Shown piece after piece: positions 1 through 13,218 of a DNA stretch of 64,000 nucleotides. The DNA is taken from the NCBI GenBank assembly GCA_001244265.2, contig CDLV01000007.1, forward strand, positions 2,294,001 through 2,358,000, in the 5' to 3' direction. The notes under the pieces are model-generated. The model ran no database searches. It worked only from the letters and a program-made list of their open reading frames with translations, and was not told the origin of the DNA. Position 1 is the first letter of the stretch; each line of letters opens with the position of its first letter. Origin of the DNA: Microbotryum violaceum (lineage: Eukaryota). A program made the position numbers and the translations under genes.

Positions 1-627
1 CTTCGATACGATGAAGGAGCAAGGTCTCGACCTCATTCAGCTGAACCTCCGAGGTCGCAACCGTTGCACGTTTCGGCTTCGCGTTCGTATCCTGAATTGC
101 CTACGCCTCAACCATACTCTTCGATGCCCCCTCCTCAGCAGCAACAGCAGCAACAGCGAGAAAGGGAACGAAATGGTCGCAATCGTGAGCCCGTAGGGTT
201 GACACCTTCGGGTCATCAAATTTCACCGCCGAGGTCGCGTTCACAACCTCCGAGGGGACATCCGCAATACCAACAACAGCCGCAACAACCGCTCCCACAA
301 GCTCGTCAACAATACCTACAACCTTGGCCACAAGGTCAGCAAGTTTACGCCCCCCAACAATCCCGACCACCGCAACAACATCAACAACGACCTCCTGGAC
401 CCCCTCAGCAACGTCCACCACCACCCGCACAACAAGCGCCAGCCCAACCTCCAAGACAACCTCTGGAACCCTGGCTGCAACCCAAAGGCAATGCCCAAAA
501 TCCGATCCCTACCCCCGTCGCAGCCCCCAAAGCTGCACCCACCGCATCATCGGAGAAGAAGGCGCCGGAGAAGAAGAACAAGAGCTTTGCGCTTTTCTCT
601 CCGCCATTGGCTTCGACCAAGAATTGA
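1..627 (+). CDS. 3' part of an unidentified Pro/Gln-rich protein (partial, enters from the left edge)
   Basis: Frame 1 is open from base 1 to TGA at 625-627. Low-complexity P/Q-rich translation, followed by T-rich 3'UTR-like sequence. Confidence 0.55.
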   Translation, partial: LRYDEGARSRPHSAEPPRSQPLHVSASRSYPELPTPQPYSSMPPPQQQQQQQRERERNGRNREPVGLTPSGHQISPPRSRSQPPRGHPQYQQQPQQPLPQARQQYLQPWPQGQQVYAPQQSRPPQQHQQRPPGPPQQRPPPPAQQAPAQPPRQPLEPWLQPKGNAQNPIPTPVAAPKAAPTASSEKKAPEKKNKSFALFSPPLASTKN

Positions 628-1027
628 GCATGGGATCATTTGTATGTATGTTCATTGCAGTTTGAGAGGACAGGACTAGAACTTTTGTGTGTGTTTAGTA
701 CGGTCTTTCGGAAGGAGGACGTCCGCGTCTGTTCATTTCTTCTTTGCAATCGAACTTTGGAAGAAGTGTACAAAAGTTCACTTAACCCTGATTAGCACTT
801 GATGCGACGAGGGGTCCGTGCGGGACGAATGGCAGGGCGTGATAATAAAAGCTGACGGGGGGGCGGGGGGCGGCTTGCGAAACCGAGGGTGGGAGTCGCG
901 GATTTTGGCCGGCAGTGGATTTTGGCCAAGTCGCGCGCGTCCGGGCCAGCAAGCGAATCCAACGCGAGCGAGCGGTTCCATCTTTCCTCTCTCCGTTGTA
1001 GCCTCGAACCCCAAGTCTCTGCCCATC

Positions 1028-2233
1028 ATGGTAAGTGATTGCACCCCACCCAGCCAACAGTCGTTGACGACGAACGCCAGCCGCCCCCATCGACTTGCCA
1101 CTCGATGTTGTGTACGACGCACGACGACACGACGACGGCTGCGAACTCGTCGAGCACGACGACCCACACGCCAGCCAGCACACACCACACCGCCAGTTGA
1201 AGCTTAGGACAGCTTGCCCGCCCGCCCCGCGCCAGCGCCTGCCCGCTGTCCAGCAGAGTGCCGCCCGCGCCAACACGCCGCCCCAGCCGCCTGCGGGCAA
1301 AGTTCGACAGTTTTCAGAACGGCGTCGCGTCGCACTCTACGATCATCATTGGCATAAGAGGAAGCTGTGGAGATGGTGTAGAGTGATGGATTGAGGCTGA
1401 TGGTGTAGCTTCAGCGTTGTTGGTGCTGGTGGTGGACGGTGGATGCGATGGGATTGGCATTGGCATTGGCATGGGCGTCGGTCGGGGGTGGGCCGTGCTG
1501 ACTGGGGGTGCGAAAGGACGCATGCGCGCCCACGGACGACCCACGATCGACCACAATAAACCGCGACATCGACTGCGACTAGCCATCACATACGACCTCC
1601 ACAAGATGACATGGCCGTTCCGATGGTGACCACGTGTGCTGACTCTATTCTTCTCCCCTCTGTGCCCCGCCACGACCTCCACCCATCAATCAGGATCCCA
1701 CCGGTGCCGTCACGATCCGCACACGCAAGTTCATCACGAACCGATTGCTGCAACGCAAGCAAATGGTCGTCGACGTCCTGCACCCGACCCGTGCCAACGT
1801 CTCCAAGGACGAGCTCCGCGACAAGCTCTCGGCCATGTACAAGGCGCCCAAGGACCAGGTCATCGTCTTTGGCTTCCGCACCCAGTTCGGTGGAGGAAAG
1901 TCGACCGGGTTCGCGTTGATCTACGACACAAAGGAGAGCCTCAAGCTGGAGCCGAGGTACAGGCTGGTCCGAGTGAGTAGATGGGACGAGCGCGCACCGC
2001 ATTGCCGATTGGGATGCTGATCCCAAGTGGGTCGTACCCTCTCAGTTCGGTCTTGCCGAGAAGCGACCTATCACTGGTCGCAAGTTGCGCAAGGAACGCA
2101 AGAACCGAGCCAAGAAATTCCGAGGTTCGTCTGTCTCCCAATCGCCGAGGTAGTCTCTGCATCCTGACTCCCCTTCTCTCGTATCATAGGAACCGCCAAG
2201 AAGTCCAAGTCGGAGGCCGGCAAGAAGAAGTAA
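1028..2233 (+). CDS. RPS24: 40S ribosomal protein S24 (eS24), 4 exons: 1028-1030, 1694-1972, 2046-2124, 2190-2233
   Basis: Spliced product [32 protein letters not shown]...[20 protein letters not shown]...[11 protein letters not shown]...[17 protein letters not shown] is eS24. GT-AG introns; ATG|gtaagt at 1028-1036. Confidence 0.95.
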
Positions 2234-2970
2234 GCGCCGTTTGCATGGCAAGAATAACGGGGGGGAAAGGACGAGGAAATCCCGGCACTACATCTTTCTG
2301 TTCCTACTCGACGTTCCCATCCCGTTCTCTCGTTCTCGACCCAAGTCAATAACCCCACCACTCGAAACCACCCACACACCTCGTCACCTGCTCTCTTCAA
2401 CACTCTGATTCCTTCTCTCTTCTTTTGTCTCTTCGATCAATCCAAAACGGGCCGAACAAGGAACGACCTTTCTTTCTCAGCCCTTCGTGTCGATTATGGG
2501 CGGTGCTTCATGGGGCGGGCGAAACTGTTTTCTTTTGGTGTGTGTGAAGGGAGAGAACGGGAAAGGGAAAAGAGTGGAGAAGAGGTGAAGGTTGGCGTTT
2601 TTCTGGTTGCTGTTTTGCCCACGTATGGTTTTGTGTAGGATGATGATGGATGATGGAGAGTCGCCGTTGCAATGGGCTCACATTTATTCGAATCACTCGA
2701 CTTGAACGCGCGTCCTAGGAGAAGCCACCCTTTTTCTCTCTTTTCGTATGCACCTCACAGCCGCGATCAAGAATTGATGATGATGCCGGTGGTCTTGCCA
2801 TGATTTTTGGGTCGACGCCGCCGTAGCAAGTGAAACGCAACTCATAAAGCAGGCTCGACCGACCGCTGCGATTCTCTGCTTGTCTCCGCTGCTGGCGGCC
2901 GGTGTATCATACACGTGACTGCCCTCCTACACGTGACTCTCCTTCCTTCCTTCAGGAGCTCTTCATAACG

Positions 2971-4337
2971 ATGACGGAACAACCCCCCGGCCACCTCATC
3001 CCTTCGCAACACCTCCCTACTCTCTCGCCCCACCCTCCGCCATCCCAACTCCGAACGTCCCTCGATCGTCTTCAACGTCTAGTCGCACCTCACCAAATCA
3101 TCATTGATCTGCGCTCTACATCATCAGGCTTGCAACCATCCCTCAATCAGGACCTCGCGACTTTGGACGCTTTTGAACTTAACTACGCTCGACAATGGCT
3201 TGAACGACTCGTCTCCCTCGGTTCGAGACGACTTGTTCTGGTGGAGGACGAGGAAGAGGCAGCGGAGTGGGAGGGTTTGGTGGAGGGCGGGTCTTATGTG
3301 TTGGGGAGGTTGATGGGTGGGAGTGGTGAGTTATGCTTCTCGTGGTGAACTTTGCAATTGGCATGCGATGGGTCAAGATGGTGTCTCTCTCCCACGACGA
3401 CTGACCTTCTTTCTCCTCCTCCATTTGTGGGTATGCAGCCTCAGGAGGATTCGAGCAAGTTTTCCTCCTCCCATCACCATTAGGACAAGAGTTCGAACCT
3501 CTCCGTATCCGAATACGAGAAACGACCCTCCTATCCAATTCGACCGGTTTCAGAACCTGGGCATCCGCCACACTTCTCGCCCAACGGATCGCTTCGAACC
3601 CATTCGACTATTTACCCACCACCACGGCGACGACGACGACGACTATCTCCGATTCTGAACCCGTCGCCGCTGTTCAAATTTTGGAATTGGGAAGTGGGAC
3701 TGGTCTGGTAGGTTTGACCTTGATCGCAACGCTTTCGGTTTTGGGGATTCGTTCCGAAGTGGATTTAACGGATCATGAAGATTCGGTTCTGGAGAACCTG
3801 CGGCGCAATTTGGATAGGTTTAGTAGGGAGGGGCTCGATGAGGAGGCAGTAGTGGGGGGTAGGGTCTCTAAACTTGATTGGTCAGATCATCAGTCTGATT
3901 CGGGGTTGATAAGGTGCCACACCAAGGAGGAGGGGAGGAAAGTTTTCGATCTGATCGTCGCCGCGGACGTGATTTACGAACCCGATCATGTTGAATTGAT
4001 ACACTCGACCGTGGCGGCATTCCTTCGCCAACCCGATCCACGATCGACTAGGTTTGAGGAAGGGGGTACGTTCCATCTTGCTCTTCCTCTGAGAAGCACA
4101 CATGGCCTCGAGATGGAAACGTTCAAGAAGACTTTTCCTCGAGTGAGCAGTGAGCGGAATGGAAGGAAGGAGAGTGGTGGTGGTGGCGGTGGGGGCGCGT
4201 GGAGGTTAGCTATTGGAGATGATAAGTTGATCAGGGCCGAGAACGGAGATGATGGCTTGGGATCGGGTAATGGGGTGCAAGAGTATCGGCTGGTAAGGAT
4301 CCGGTGGGCCTTAGGCGAAGAGATGGAAGGGGTTTAG
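2971..4337 (+). CDS. Class I SAM-dependent protein-lysine methyltransferase (Methyltransf_16 family, EFM2-like), one intron at about 3326-3444
   Basis: Motifs TGFRTW, ILELGSGTGLVG, LTD, LDW and IVAADVIY are typical of the Methyltransf_16 family. Confidence 0.8.
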
Positions 4338-4893
4338 GGTGGGGAGTGTATTTACAGGGGTCGCAGAACCTGAGTGTTGTTGTATATCATCGAATTTCTG
4401 AGCTAGGAGTGAGAATGAGTGTGAGTGCTGAGTTTTGAGAGACCTATCTCGGAGCTGATAAGGAAGTCCACTCGAGAAATAACCAGAACAGAGACCAGAG
4501 GACCGAGCGCTTGACAAATACCTCGACGAGCCCCTAATTTCGTTCAACCGAGGGACCAAATTCATTCGGGAGTGGAAGACGTGGTCACAAACATGTAAAG
4601 GCGATCATTGGGCGCTGCTGCACAAGCTTTCTTCGCTTTACTTTCATCTGGCTCAAAGAGGTGATAACAAAGTATCGAGGACCGATCGACAGCTCTCAGT
4701 GGAAAACGGTAGACACTGCTGCCTAGATTGATGGGTATACCCGCTTCCCTCCAAATCGGCACCGAGACGCACAACGGAGCAGATGGCAATAGGAGGCCGC
4801 CCGAGGTACAGCCACTTTTACCTCCTAGCAAGTGAAGCAGAAAAGGAATAGTAGAGATGAAAACGTATATAAACAAAGGAAGATTCCTGCCCG

Positions 4894-7292
4894 CTAAAAC
4901 TGGTCCCCTCTGATCCATGTTTTGATCATCTCGAGCGCCTCGTCAGGCTTGTCGCGAGGGACCATGCTGCACAGGCACCACACAACACTTGAGCACTGTG
5001 TGGACACAAACCATGACGAAAAAATTGTTTCTACTTACTGTCCAGCATCTTTCACCTCCAGGTACGTGAGCGGACCGTAGCTCTTGGTCAATCCCACAAC
5101 TGTCCCATTCGGCATTCTGAACTCATGGAACGGGGCTTTCGAGTACTGATCCTGGCCTGACCATTTCATGGCGGTAGTCCAGTTGCGGACTCCGAGGTAG
5201 TTGCACTAGGGATGAAGCGAGTAGGACAGGGTGCACGTAAAATCAGTGTTCCTCCAACTCGAGACAGTATGGGACCAACCCCCGCTACTCACGATGAAGT
5301 CGCTGCGGAGGAAAGTAGTCGGAGCCTGAGGGATGTTAGCAACATAATACGCTGTAGAAGTGACGACTTCCTTTGTTCAGGACTTACTTGACGCCGACGT
5401 AAAGAAGCAACTTGATTCCGGCCTCGAGCAGGTCCGAAAGCACAGCAGGGGTATTGACCACCCCTGTAACAAGGTCGCACCAACGAGTTCAGATCCACGT
5501 CGCGATCGGAAGGCATCCGCGCGACTACACAGTCGAGCTAGCGCTCAGTGGCGCTGAAAGGGGAACTTACAATCTCCACTGAGTAGGAAAGCAGTGTGAA
5601 CCGAGTCACTGCACTCCTCGAACGGCTTGGCTTTGGCATGCACACCGAGTTTGGCTCGAATGTCCGGCCGGTTGAGGTAGATGGGGAGCCAGGACGCCTC
5701 TTTGTAACACAACGGTCCATCCTTGGACGGTGAGCGATCGCACTTCTTGGTGACGTCGTAGGGATTCAGCCCAGTATTGTCGAACGGGGCTATTGTGGTA
5801 AAATCGTCCAACGCGTTGCCCAAGCCGAAGCAATAGGTGGGATAAATAGAGTCAGCTCGGGCTTTCATCGAAGGCGGGCTCGCGAAACGAAGAAGATGCG
5901 GTTTATCACTGACCGCCAAGTACGAAACAATCCAACTCCGCTTGTTGACAATTCTGTCGCGTCAGGTTTTGGCGACACGTCGCCACCGAACGACTGCAGA
6001 TAGGGATTTGCGGGTAGAGAGCATCGCAAGTCGAACTATTGTAGATGGCTTTATGGACACCTTTCCCGCATGCGAAATCGACCTCCGCACTGAGTGCGGA
6101 GACGATCTCGACGAAGCCGTTGCCGATCGCCATCGAGACGAGGGGTACATATATCGTGTTGGAACTGGCCCCATCAACAAGCTTGTTCTTCTGAACGATG
6201 ACTGAGGCGACCTGCGGGATGTACATGCCCGCGTAAGACTCTCCCGCGAGGATCTTTATGTATTTGAATAAGTAGACCCGAGTCAGGGGTAGTCAATATC
6301 TCCACTTCGAAAAGGGTCAGACGAAGAACGAGATGACCGACAAAATCAAGCATGGCGAAGCGGGGGAATACTTGATAGAAGAGTTGCATGAAGGCATAGA
6401 TGTCTTCTGCGGTCTTGCGCGAGGTGTCGACGGGCTTACGGGCGTTCGAGAAACCGACCTGTTGGACATGAGCGAGTCAAATTAGATATTTGGCGAGCAG
6501 TTCAGGACCCCAAACTGCAGCTTGGATAACTGACCTTGACCGGAGAGTCCAAGAAGATCATATTGGCGTTCGAGTTCCATGAGTAAGGATTGAAAGTCGA
6601 ACTGTTGCCTCCATTGGTGACCAAGCACGGGCCATTCTCGAGCAAGAAGCCTGCCATGCTCGAACATCCAGGACCGCCGTTGAGCCAGAGCAGGACCGAA
6701 TCTTCGTCAGGCTTGTCACGGGATTCGGCGAATGCGAAAAACAGGTGCGTGTGTTCTGCGATGTCGAGAAAGCCCGAGTAGATCTTCTCTTTGTCGCCAC
6801 ACAGCTATGGGTCCCCCATAAGAGTGCCTTTGGCATCAGTGCCCCACGCCGAAGAGCCTGCGCCGCTCGGACCCATTCACTGCATAACTGACTTGGGACT
6901 CCTTAATGCGGAGCTTGTGATTGGGGAAGTCGGGATGGGAAATAACTTGAACTGTCGAAGAATGAAGTGACACTATGCGGCGTCAGTTCGGAGAGTCATG
7001 AACGCCGAGTCGGGGGTGTTGAGGATGCCTGAGACACAGCCAATCCGGATTTCGCTAGGCGCACGCTCCCCCCCCCCCCCCCGGCGAGTCTCCCACCCTC
7101 TGTCCGGGTGAAAACGGGTCGACGATACGTACACGTGTTCCCTTTGCTGATGTCGCCCTTTGCGACGTTCTGTGAGCCCTTGTTGTGGTCCAGAGACGAA
7201 TGTGCACCCACGGCTGCGTGATTGGTTGCGGCATGGACGGCGGTCGCTGCGAGCGCGGCCGTGATGGGGACCAACAGCGTGCTCCACATCAT
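4894..7292 (-). CDS. Secreted serine carboxypeptidase, peptidase S10 (copy A), multi-exon
   Basis: Signal-peptide-like N-terminus, WLNGGPGCSS, NPYSWN, GESYAG (catalytic Ser), AIGNG, NPYDV and DAGH|MVP (catalytic His); TAG at 4894-4896. Confidence 0.92.
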
Positions 7293-7981
7293 CGATCTTT
7301 GGAGTACTGGGTGAGGAGTGACTGGCAGTATTGGACGGAGAGTAAGAGGAAGAGAGAGCGAGAGAGAGGTTCGGCCTGAGGGCCGCTCATAAACTAGAGT
7401 GCTGAGGGCTGACTTCGCGCTTGCTTAGCTAGTATGCCCAGCCCCACAGCACTAGCCGCTGGGCCTTTAACCGCTCGGAGGCTCCTATTCCGAGCTGATG
7501 CCTCGAATTCGGAGAATCTGCGGGCCCTCGGCTGCTGGGACCGAATGCGCGGGCCGCTCGGCTGCTGGCTCGTTACCCTAACTAGTAAAAAAAAAAAGTG
7601 AGTTAAGGAATGTACCTAAAATCGCTGTTTTTAACTAGGTTGCGGCCCTCCGGGCCGCCTGTGGTGGATGTACCAGCATACTGTTGTGTCTGCCGCACCT
7701 GCCTGTGGTGTCCATGTTCCGATCAGAAGTCATGTACAAGCGCTGTGGTGACTTTTGTATTTTCCGCGCCGTTCCAACGAAGCTACAGCGCTCCCAGTAT
7801 TTTCCTTCTTTTTTTTCGCTCACATAAAACAATGCTTCCACTCATATTGCATTTAATGAACCGCAAGCGCGTGGCTTTGCATGATATTGCTTCTACAGCA
7901 GAGCTCTGCCTGACGTGCGAGGCGAGGGCTGGCGTTTGTCACGTGATGCGGTGCGCCGGCGGTGGAGTGTCATTCCGGCAG

Positions 7982-8105
7982 TCGACCAGCGGCATTAGGG
8001 GCTGAACAACCAATTTGCCCGTATGGCATTCGACCAGCGGCATTAGGGGCTGAACAACCAATTTGCCCGTATGGCATTCGACCAGCGGCATTAGGGCTGA
8101 ACAAC
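7982..8105. repeat. 48-bp tandem repeat, about 2.6 copies, inside the Helitron 5' region
   Basis: TCGACCAGCGGCATTAGGGGCTGAACAACCAATTTGCCCGTATGGCAT starts at 7982, 8030 and 8078 (partial). Confidence 0.95.
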
Positions 8106-8584
8106 AAATCAAACCACGTAAATAATCCTGTGCCACTTCCTCGAACCTTTCCTTTCTCCCTCCCACTCTCATCCAATTTTAGTGACACTCATTCAAGAAC
8201 TAACCTTCGCTACTATGCCCCGGTCCCAAGGTCGCCAGGGAGGGCCATCGCAACCTCGCCAAGTCTTGGGCGCGAGGATAGCGCCGTACCGCGGCTCGAC
8301 CCTCCTCTTCGCCCCGCACCGATCAACAGAATCAGCCCCCCGGCGTGTCATGACAACAATTCAACCGATCTTGGCATTGCGACACGTATACGAGCCCGCC
8401 GTGCAGCTGTGCACAACGGACAGCGTGGTCAGCGCGATGGCCAACTCGACGCTGGGCTCGCCTCACCACCACCTCCGCAAAGGCGAGTGCGCCGGGCTCG
8501 AATCGCGCTGAAACCCCTCAAGCCCACGTTTCGATCCGCGACGACCTCGGCCCGCAGACGGCCGTGTGCACCCACTGCAAGGCT

Positions 8585-8829
8585 TGTTGAAGTAAATTAC
8601 TCTTGCCTTAAATCCGCACTACGCGCGTCTCCACTTTATATTAGTCGCGCGCGCGATTCGCGTCTTTGTCTCCTCTTCTTCACTTGATTACGAACTCATT
8701 GGCTCGTCCCTGCCGCCAACTCGTTCAGGTATGTGAAGAACTCCTTTATTGCAATCTTTACTTGATTACGAACTCATTGGCTCGTCCCTGCCGCCAACTC
8801 GTTCAGCACATCGTTGTTCAGTTTCAATA
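8585..8829 (+). repeat. 5' LTR of the copia element
   Basis: TGTTGAA...TTCAATA. I see one difference from the 3' LTR (C8646 vs T13035). Confidence 0.97.
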
Positions 8830-11800
8830 GGTTACGAGCCCAACCGAGCGGCCAGCCAATTCGAGTCATCAAGACATGAGCACTCCTCTCATGGTCACAG
8901 GGGAACAACCCCTATCGTCCTCGTCAAACCACGCGATGTTGACCCATCATGCCATCTGCGAAACGCTGGGGGCTGGTCGCAATGGATCGACGACGTGCGA
9001 GGCGCCCTTGGCGGCGACTATTGGAACTGCACCCTCGCGACGCCCGTCCAATCACCCAACACGCGCACGGATCTCGATCACGCCAATTTCCAAGCGGTCG
9101 CGCTGCTGATGCGTTCTGTCTCACCGGACATCCGAAAACACATAAAGGATGGTTACGACCACACTCCTGCGGAAGTCTTACAGATGATCAAGAAGGCGGT
9201 CGGTACCGGCACGGTGGCTGACATTCTCATCCGTCTCCAAGCGTTGCTCGACGTGGGACCCCCTCCCACCGGCATGGACGCCTTCGCAAAGTACCAAGCG
9301 ACGACCATTGAGCTATTTAACACGCTCTCGGGACACGAGCTTACTTTCGAGCAGATTGTGTCGTTCCGCCTTGTCCACTTCGGCAAGGATCTGTACCGTG
9401 AATACTACACGCAAACACTTCGGCAAGGATTGGATAGGCTACCGAGCCCGACGGAGGTCCTCCAGTCGCTCCACACGCAGGCGGATCAGACGCCAGCTCC
9501 CAAACCCGTCGCCATGGTGGCAAGCCCGATTGCGACAGCGGACAAGTCTACCGCGCCTCCTTTCTCCCCGTGCCACCACTGCGGAGGTCCGCACTGGAAT
9601 CGCAAGTGCCCGGACAACAAGGCTGGGTCCAAGGGAAGAAGACGAAGGCTCCTTCAGCGCCTTCCGCCTCGCTTGTCACTGCGCCTGATATCTCGACGCT
9701 GGTTGACGGTCCTGTGCTTGGCTACCTCACAGCCACGATGTCCACCTTGGCCAGGCCCTCCATCATCCTGGACAGCGGGGCGACGCACCACATCGTCAAC
9801 GATCGCGCATGTTTCACGTCCTTCCGCAAGTGCAAGCCAGCTCCGCTCGAAGGCATCACTGGTGAAGTTGTCAACTCCATCGAAGGCGTCGGCTCCGCAA
9901 TCGTTCGTTCCTTCGACGGCAGCATCGGCCAACTCAACGACGCCTTGTTCGTGCCCACCGCTCCGGTCAACCTGTTCTCCGCCAGTCGTGCCGACATCGG
10001 GGGTTACGACATCCGTCTGACTCGGGCCAAGGCAACGGTCTCCATCGCCGACACGGTGTGTCACACTGGCGAGCTCAAGAACGGACTTTACCACATGCAG
10101 GCCTCGCTCGTCGACGTCGCTGCTCTCGTTCATCAAGCGGGTGCGTTCCCGCGTGCGCTCGTGGCCGTTCCCATGTCGGTCTTGCACGGACGCTTCGCTC
10201 ACCTCCACCCACGCGCCCTCCGACAGTTGATTTCGACTGAAGCCGTGTCGGGAGTCAGCATGGAGGTAGATTCAAACGAGGATTTGAAATGTGACACTTG
10301 CCAAGCTGGCAAAATTACGCATCACCCGTTCCCTGCCGTCGCATCGAATCGCTCTGCTCAGCCGCTCGAACGAGTCCACATGGACCTCCTCGCGTTCGAC
10401 GGTGCCGTGTCATTAGGGGGTGCGAGATACGCTCTCGTCATCGTGGACGACCATTCTCGGTATTTGTGGGCGATTCCGATGTCACACAAGTCCGACACCT
10501 TTGCGGCCTTCAAATCCTGGCTCGCGAAGGTGGAGCGCTCCACGTCACGCAAAGTCCTTGCTGTCCGCTCGGATAATGGGGGCGAATTCATGTCGAACGA
10601 GTTCTCCAGATTCCTGGAGGAGCAAGGCATTACTCGTCAGCTCTCTATCCCTGACACGCCTCAACAGAATGGAGTCGCCAAACGTGCGAATCGTTCGATC
10701 ACCGAGGGTGTCCGCTCAATGCTCCACCAGTCGGGCCTACCTCACGCTTTGTGGCCGAGGCATTGGCAACGTACGTCTACGTCAAAAATCGCTCGCCACA
10801 CTCTGCAAACTCGGGCACCACGCCTCACACACGTTGGTACGGTTCCAAACCTTCAGCTGGCCATCTACGCGTGTTCGGCTGTCGAGCGTGGAAGGCCGCT
10901 ACCACCGAGCCGCGCAGCAAGCTCGATCCGCGAGGCATCCCACTCGTCTTCGTCGGCTACGACCTCGAGTCCAAGGGGTACAGACTGCTGGACCCCAACA
11001 CGAGACAGGTCTTCAAGTCCCGCAGCGTCACATTCTTTGAGGACGACTTCCCTGCTCGAGCAACGGGTATCCGAGCGCCCCCGCTTCCGGCCGCGGGGGA
11101 CGACGACAGCGGGGTCGTCATTATTCCCCCGAGCACGTCGCCCCGAGCACGTTGACCCACCGGCTGCCTTGCGTTTCGACGCCCCTGGCCCGGCCTGGCA
11201 GCCACCCGCAGGCCCACGTGCGCGCAATCCGCCGGCTCGGTACGAAGCCCTCGCATCCTTGCGCTCGACGCCTTCTGCCTTTGCATTCTCACTCGGCGAC
11301 GGGGTTGTTGCGCTGGTTGCCAATCTCGCGGAGGCCGGCATCGATGTCTCGAAGGCGGACCGTCCTCTCCGAGCCCGAAGATCCTTTCACGCTTCCCACC
11401 AGTGATTCCAGTACTTGGAAGGAAGCCATGCGCCACCCTCATGCGGAAGGTTGGAAAGCTGGTGCCATCGAGGAGTTCCGCTCGATGAAGGACGACTTCA
11501 AGGTGTTCAGCGTGGTCGACCTTGCCTCCGTTCCCAGGGCAGCCACTATCTTGCCGAGTCGCCACGTGTTTCGGACCAAACGCGATAAGGCGGGCAAAAT
11601 GGTGTCGTTAAAGAGCCGCATCGTAGCTCAGGGATGCGCACAGCGGGCAGGTGATTTTGACGAGACGTTTGCACCAACGGCGAAGTTCACCTCCATTCGC
11701 ACTCTCGTCGCGCACGCAGCCTCCAGGGGCCACCACATCATACAAGCCGACGTGGACAAGGCCTACCTCCACGGCGTCCTGGAGGAAGAGATCTACATGC

Positions 11801-12973
11801 GCGTCCCCACTGGCATCGAAGGCTATGACGGCAAGTGCCTCCGTCTTCACCGTTCCATCTACGGGCTCAAGCAAGCCGGTCGAGTCTGGAACGACACGAT
11901 CAACGCCACTCTAGCGAATCTCGGCTACCGCCGTCTCGCCTGTGATGAATGCACTTATAGGCGCGCCGACGTTTTGGGTTATCACTACATTGCGCTCTAC
12001 GTAGACGACCTCCTCTTCTTTGGTCCCGACCTTGGGGAGATCGATCGAGTCCTGGATCAACTCGACACCCTTTATGGCGTAAAACGTCTCGGCCCGGCTG
12101 ACTGGATTCTAGGGGTTCAGGTTGTCCGGCATGATGATGGCGGGATCACCCTCCTGCAGCGCCAATACCTTGTCGACGTGTTGGCTCGTTTCGGCATGTC
12201 CGATTGCAATCCCTGCAAATCGCCAATGGAGGCCAACCTCCAGTTGTCGCCCAAGATCGACCCCGATGAAGCCGACAACTCGACGTATCGTTCTATGATC
12301 GGCTCCCTCATGTACGCCGTTGTTGCCACCCGACCCGATCTTGCACACGCTGTGGGGTATCTCTCTCGGTTTGTTGGAAAAGCGGTGGCAGCGCATCTCG
12401 AGGCCGTCAAACGCGTCCTTTGGTACATCAAAGGCTCGCTCGATCTGGGCATCTATTACATGGCTAACAACGAACCCTTGCTGGGATACGAGGGGTATTC
12501 TGACTCGGACTGGGGATCCGACGTGAACACGTCGAGGTCAACGATGGGCTACTTGTTCAAACTGGCTGGTGGCGCGATATCGTGGTCATCCCGTCTCCAA
12601 CCCCGAGTGGCGTGTTCGTCTACGGAAGCCGAGTATCTGGGTCTTTTGCACGCTGCCAAGGAGGCAGTCTTCCTTCGCTCGCTCCTCACCGAGCTCGGCC
12701 TTGACACATCGTCGCCCCTTCGTCTGCTTGGAGACAATCAAGGCGCTATTGCGCTCACCCAGAACCCCGTCTTCCATGCTCGCACCAAACACCTTCGCAT
12801 GTTGGAGCACTTTGTTCGGGAGCACGTTCGAAATGGAGAGATCTCGGTCACCTACATCCCTACCCATGACATGGTGGCCGATATCTTCACCAAGCCGCTG
12901 CCTCGAGCGATTTTCCAGCGTCATTGCGACGCTATTGGCCTTCGGCAAATTTCAGGCCAAGAGCAAGGGGGGG

Positions 12974-13218
12974 TGTTGAAGTAAATTACTCTTGCCTTAA
13001 ATCCGCACTACGCGCGTCTCCACTTTATATTAGTTGCGCGCGCGATTCGCGTCTTTGTCTCCTCTTCTTCACTTGATTACGAACTCATTGGCTCGTCCCT
13101 GCCGCCAACTCGTTCAGGTATGTGAAGAACTCCTTTATTGCAATCTTTACTTGATTACGAACTCATTGGCTCGTCCCTGCCGCCAACTCGTTCAGCACAT
13201 CGTTGTTCAGTTTCAATA
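12974..13218 (+). repeat. 3' LTR of the copia element
   Basis: Direct repeat of 8585-8829, preceded by the PPT and followed by the TSD. Confidence 0.97.

Larger units (their letters stand above)
8585..13218 (+). mobile_element. Full-length Ty1/copia LTR retrotransposon with frameshifted gag-pol
   Basis: 245-bp LTRs (8585-8829, 12974-13218), 5-bp TSD AGGCT (8580-8584, 13219-13223), PBS GGTTACGAGCCC, PPT GAGCAAGGGGGGG. Domain order is Zn knuckle, PR (LDSGAT), INT (RSDNGGEF, PQQNGVA), RT (YVDD), RNase H (SDSDW, SSTEAEY), which is the copia order. Confidence 0.98.

Noticed and set aside
9620..9660. Programmed gag-pol frameshift in the copia element
   Set aside because: Several similar single-base frame breaks occur along pol, so decay or sequencing error is the simpler explanation; no clear slippery site.
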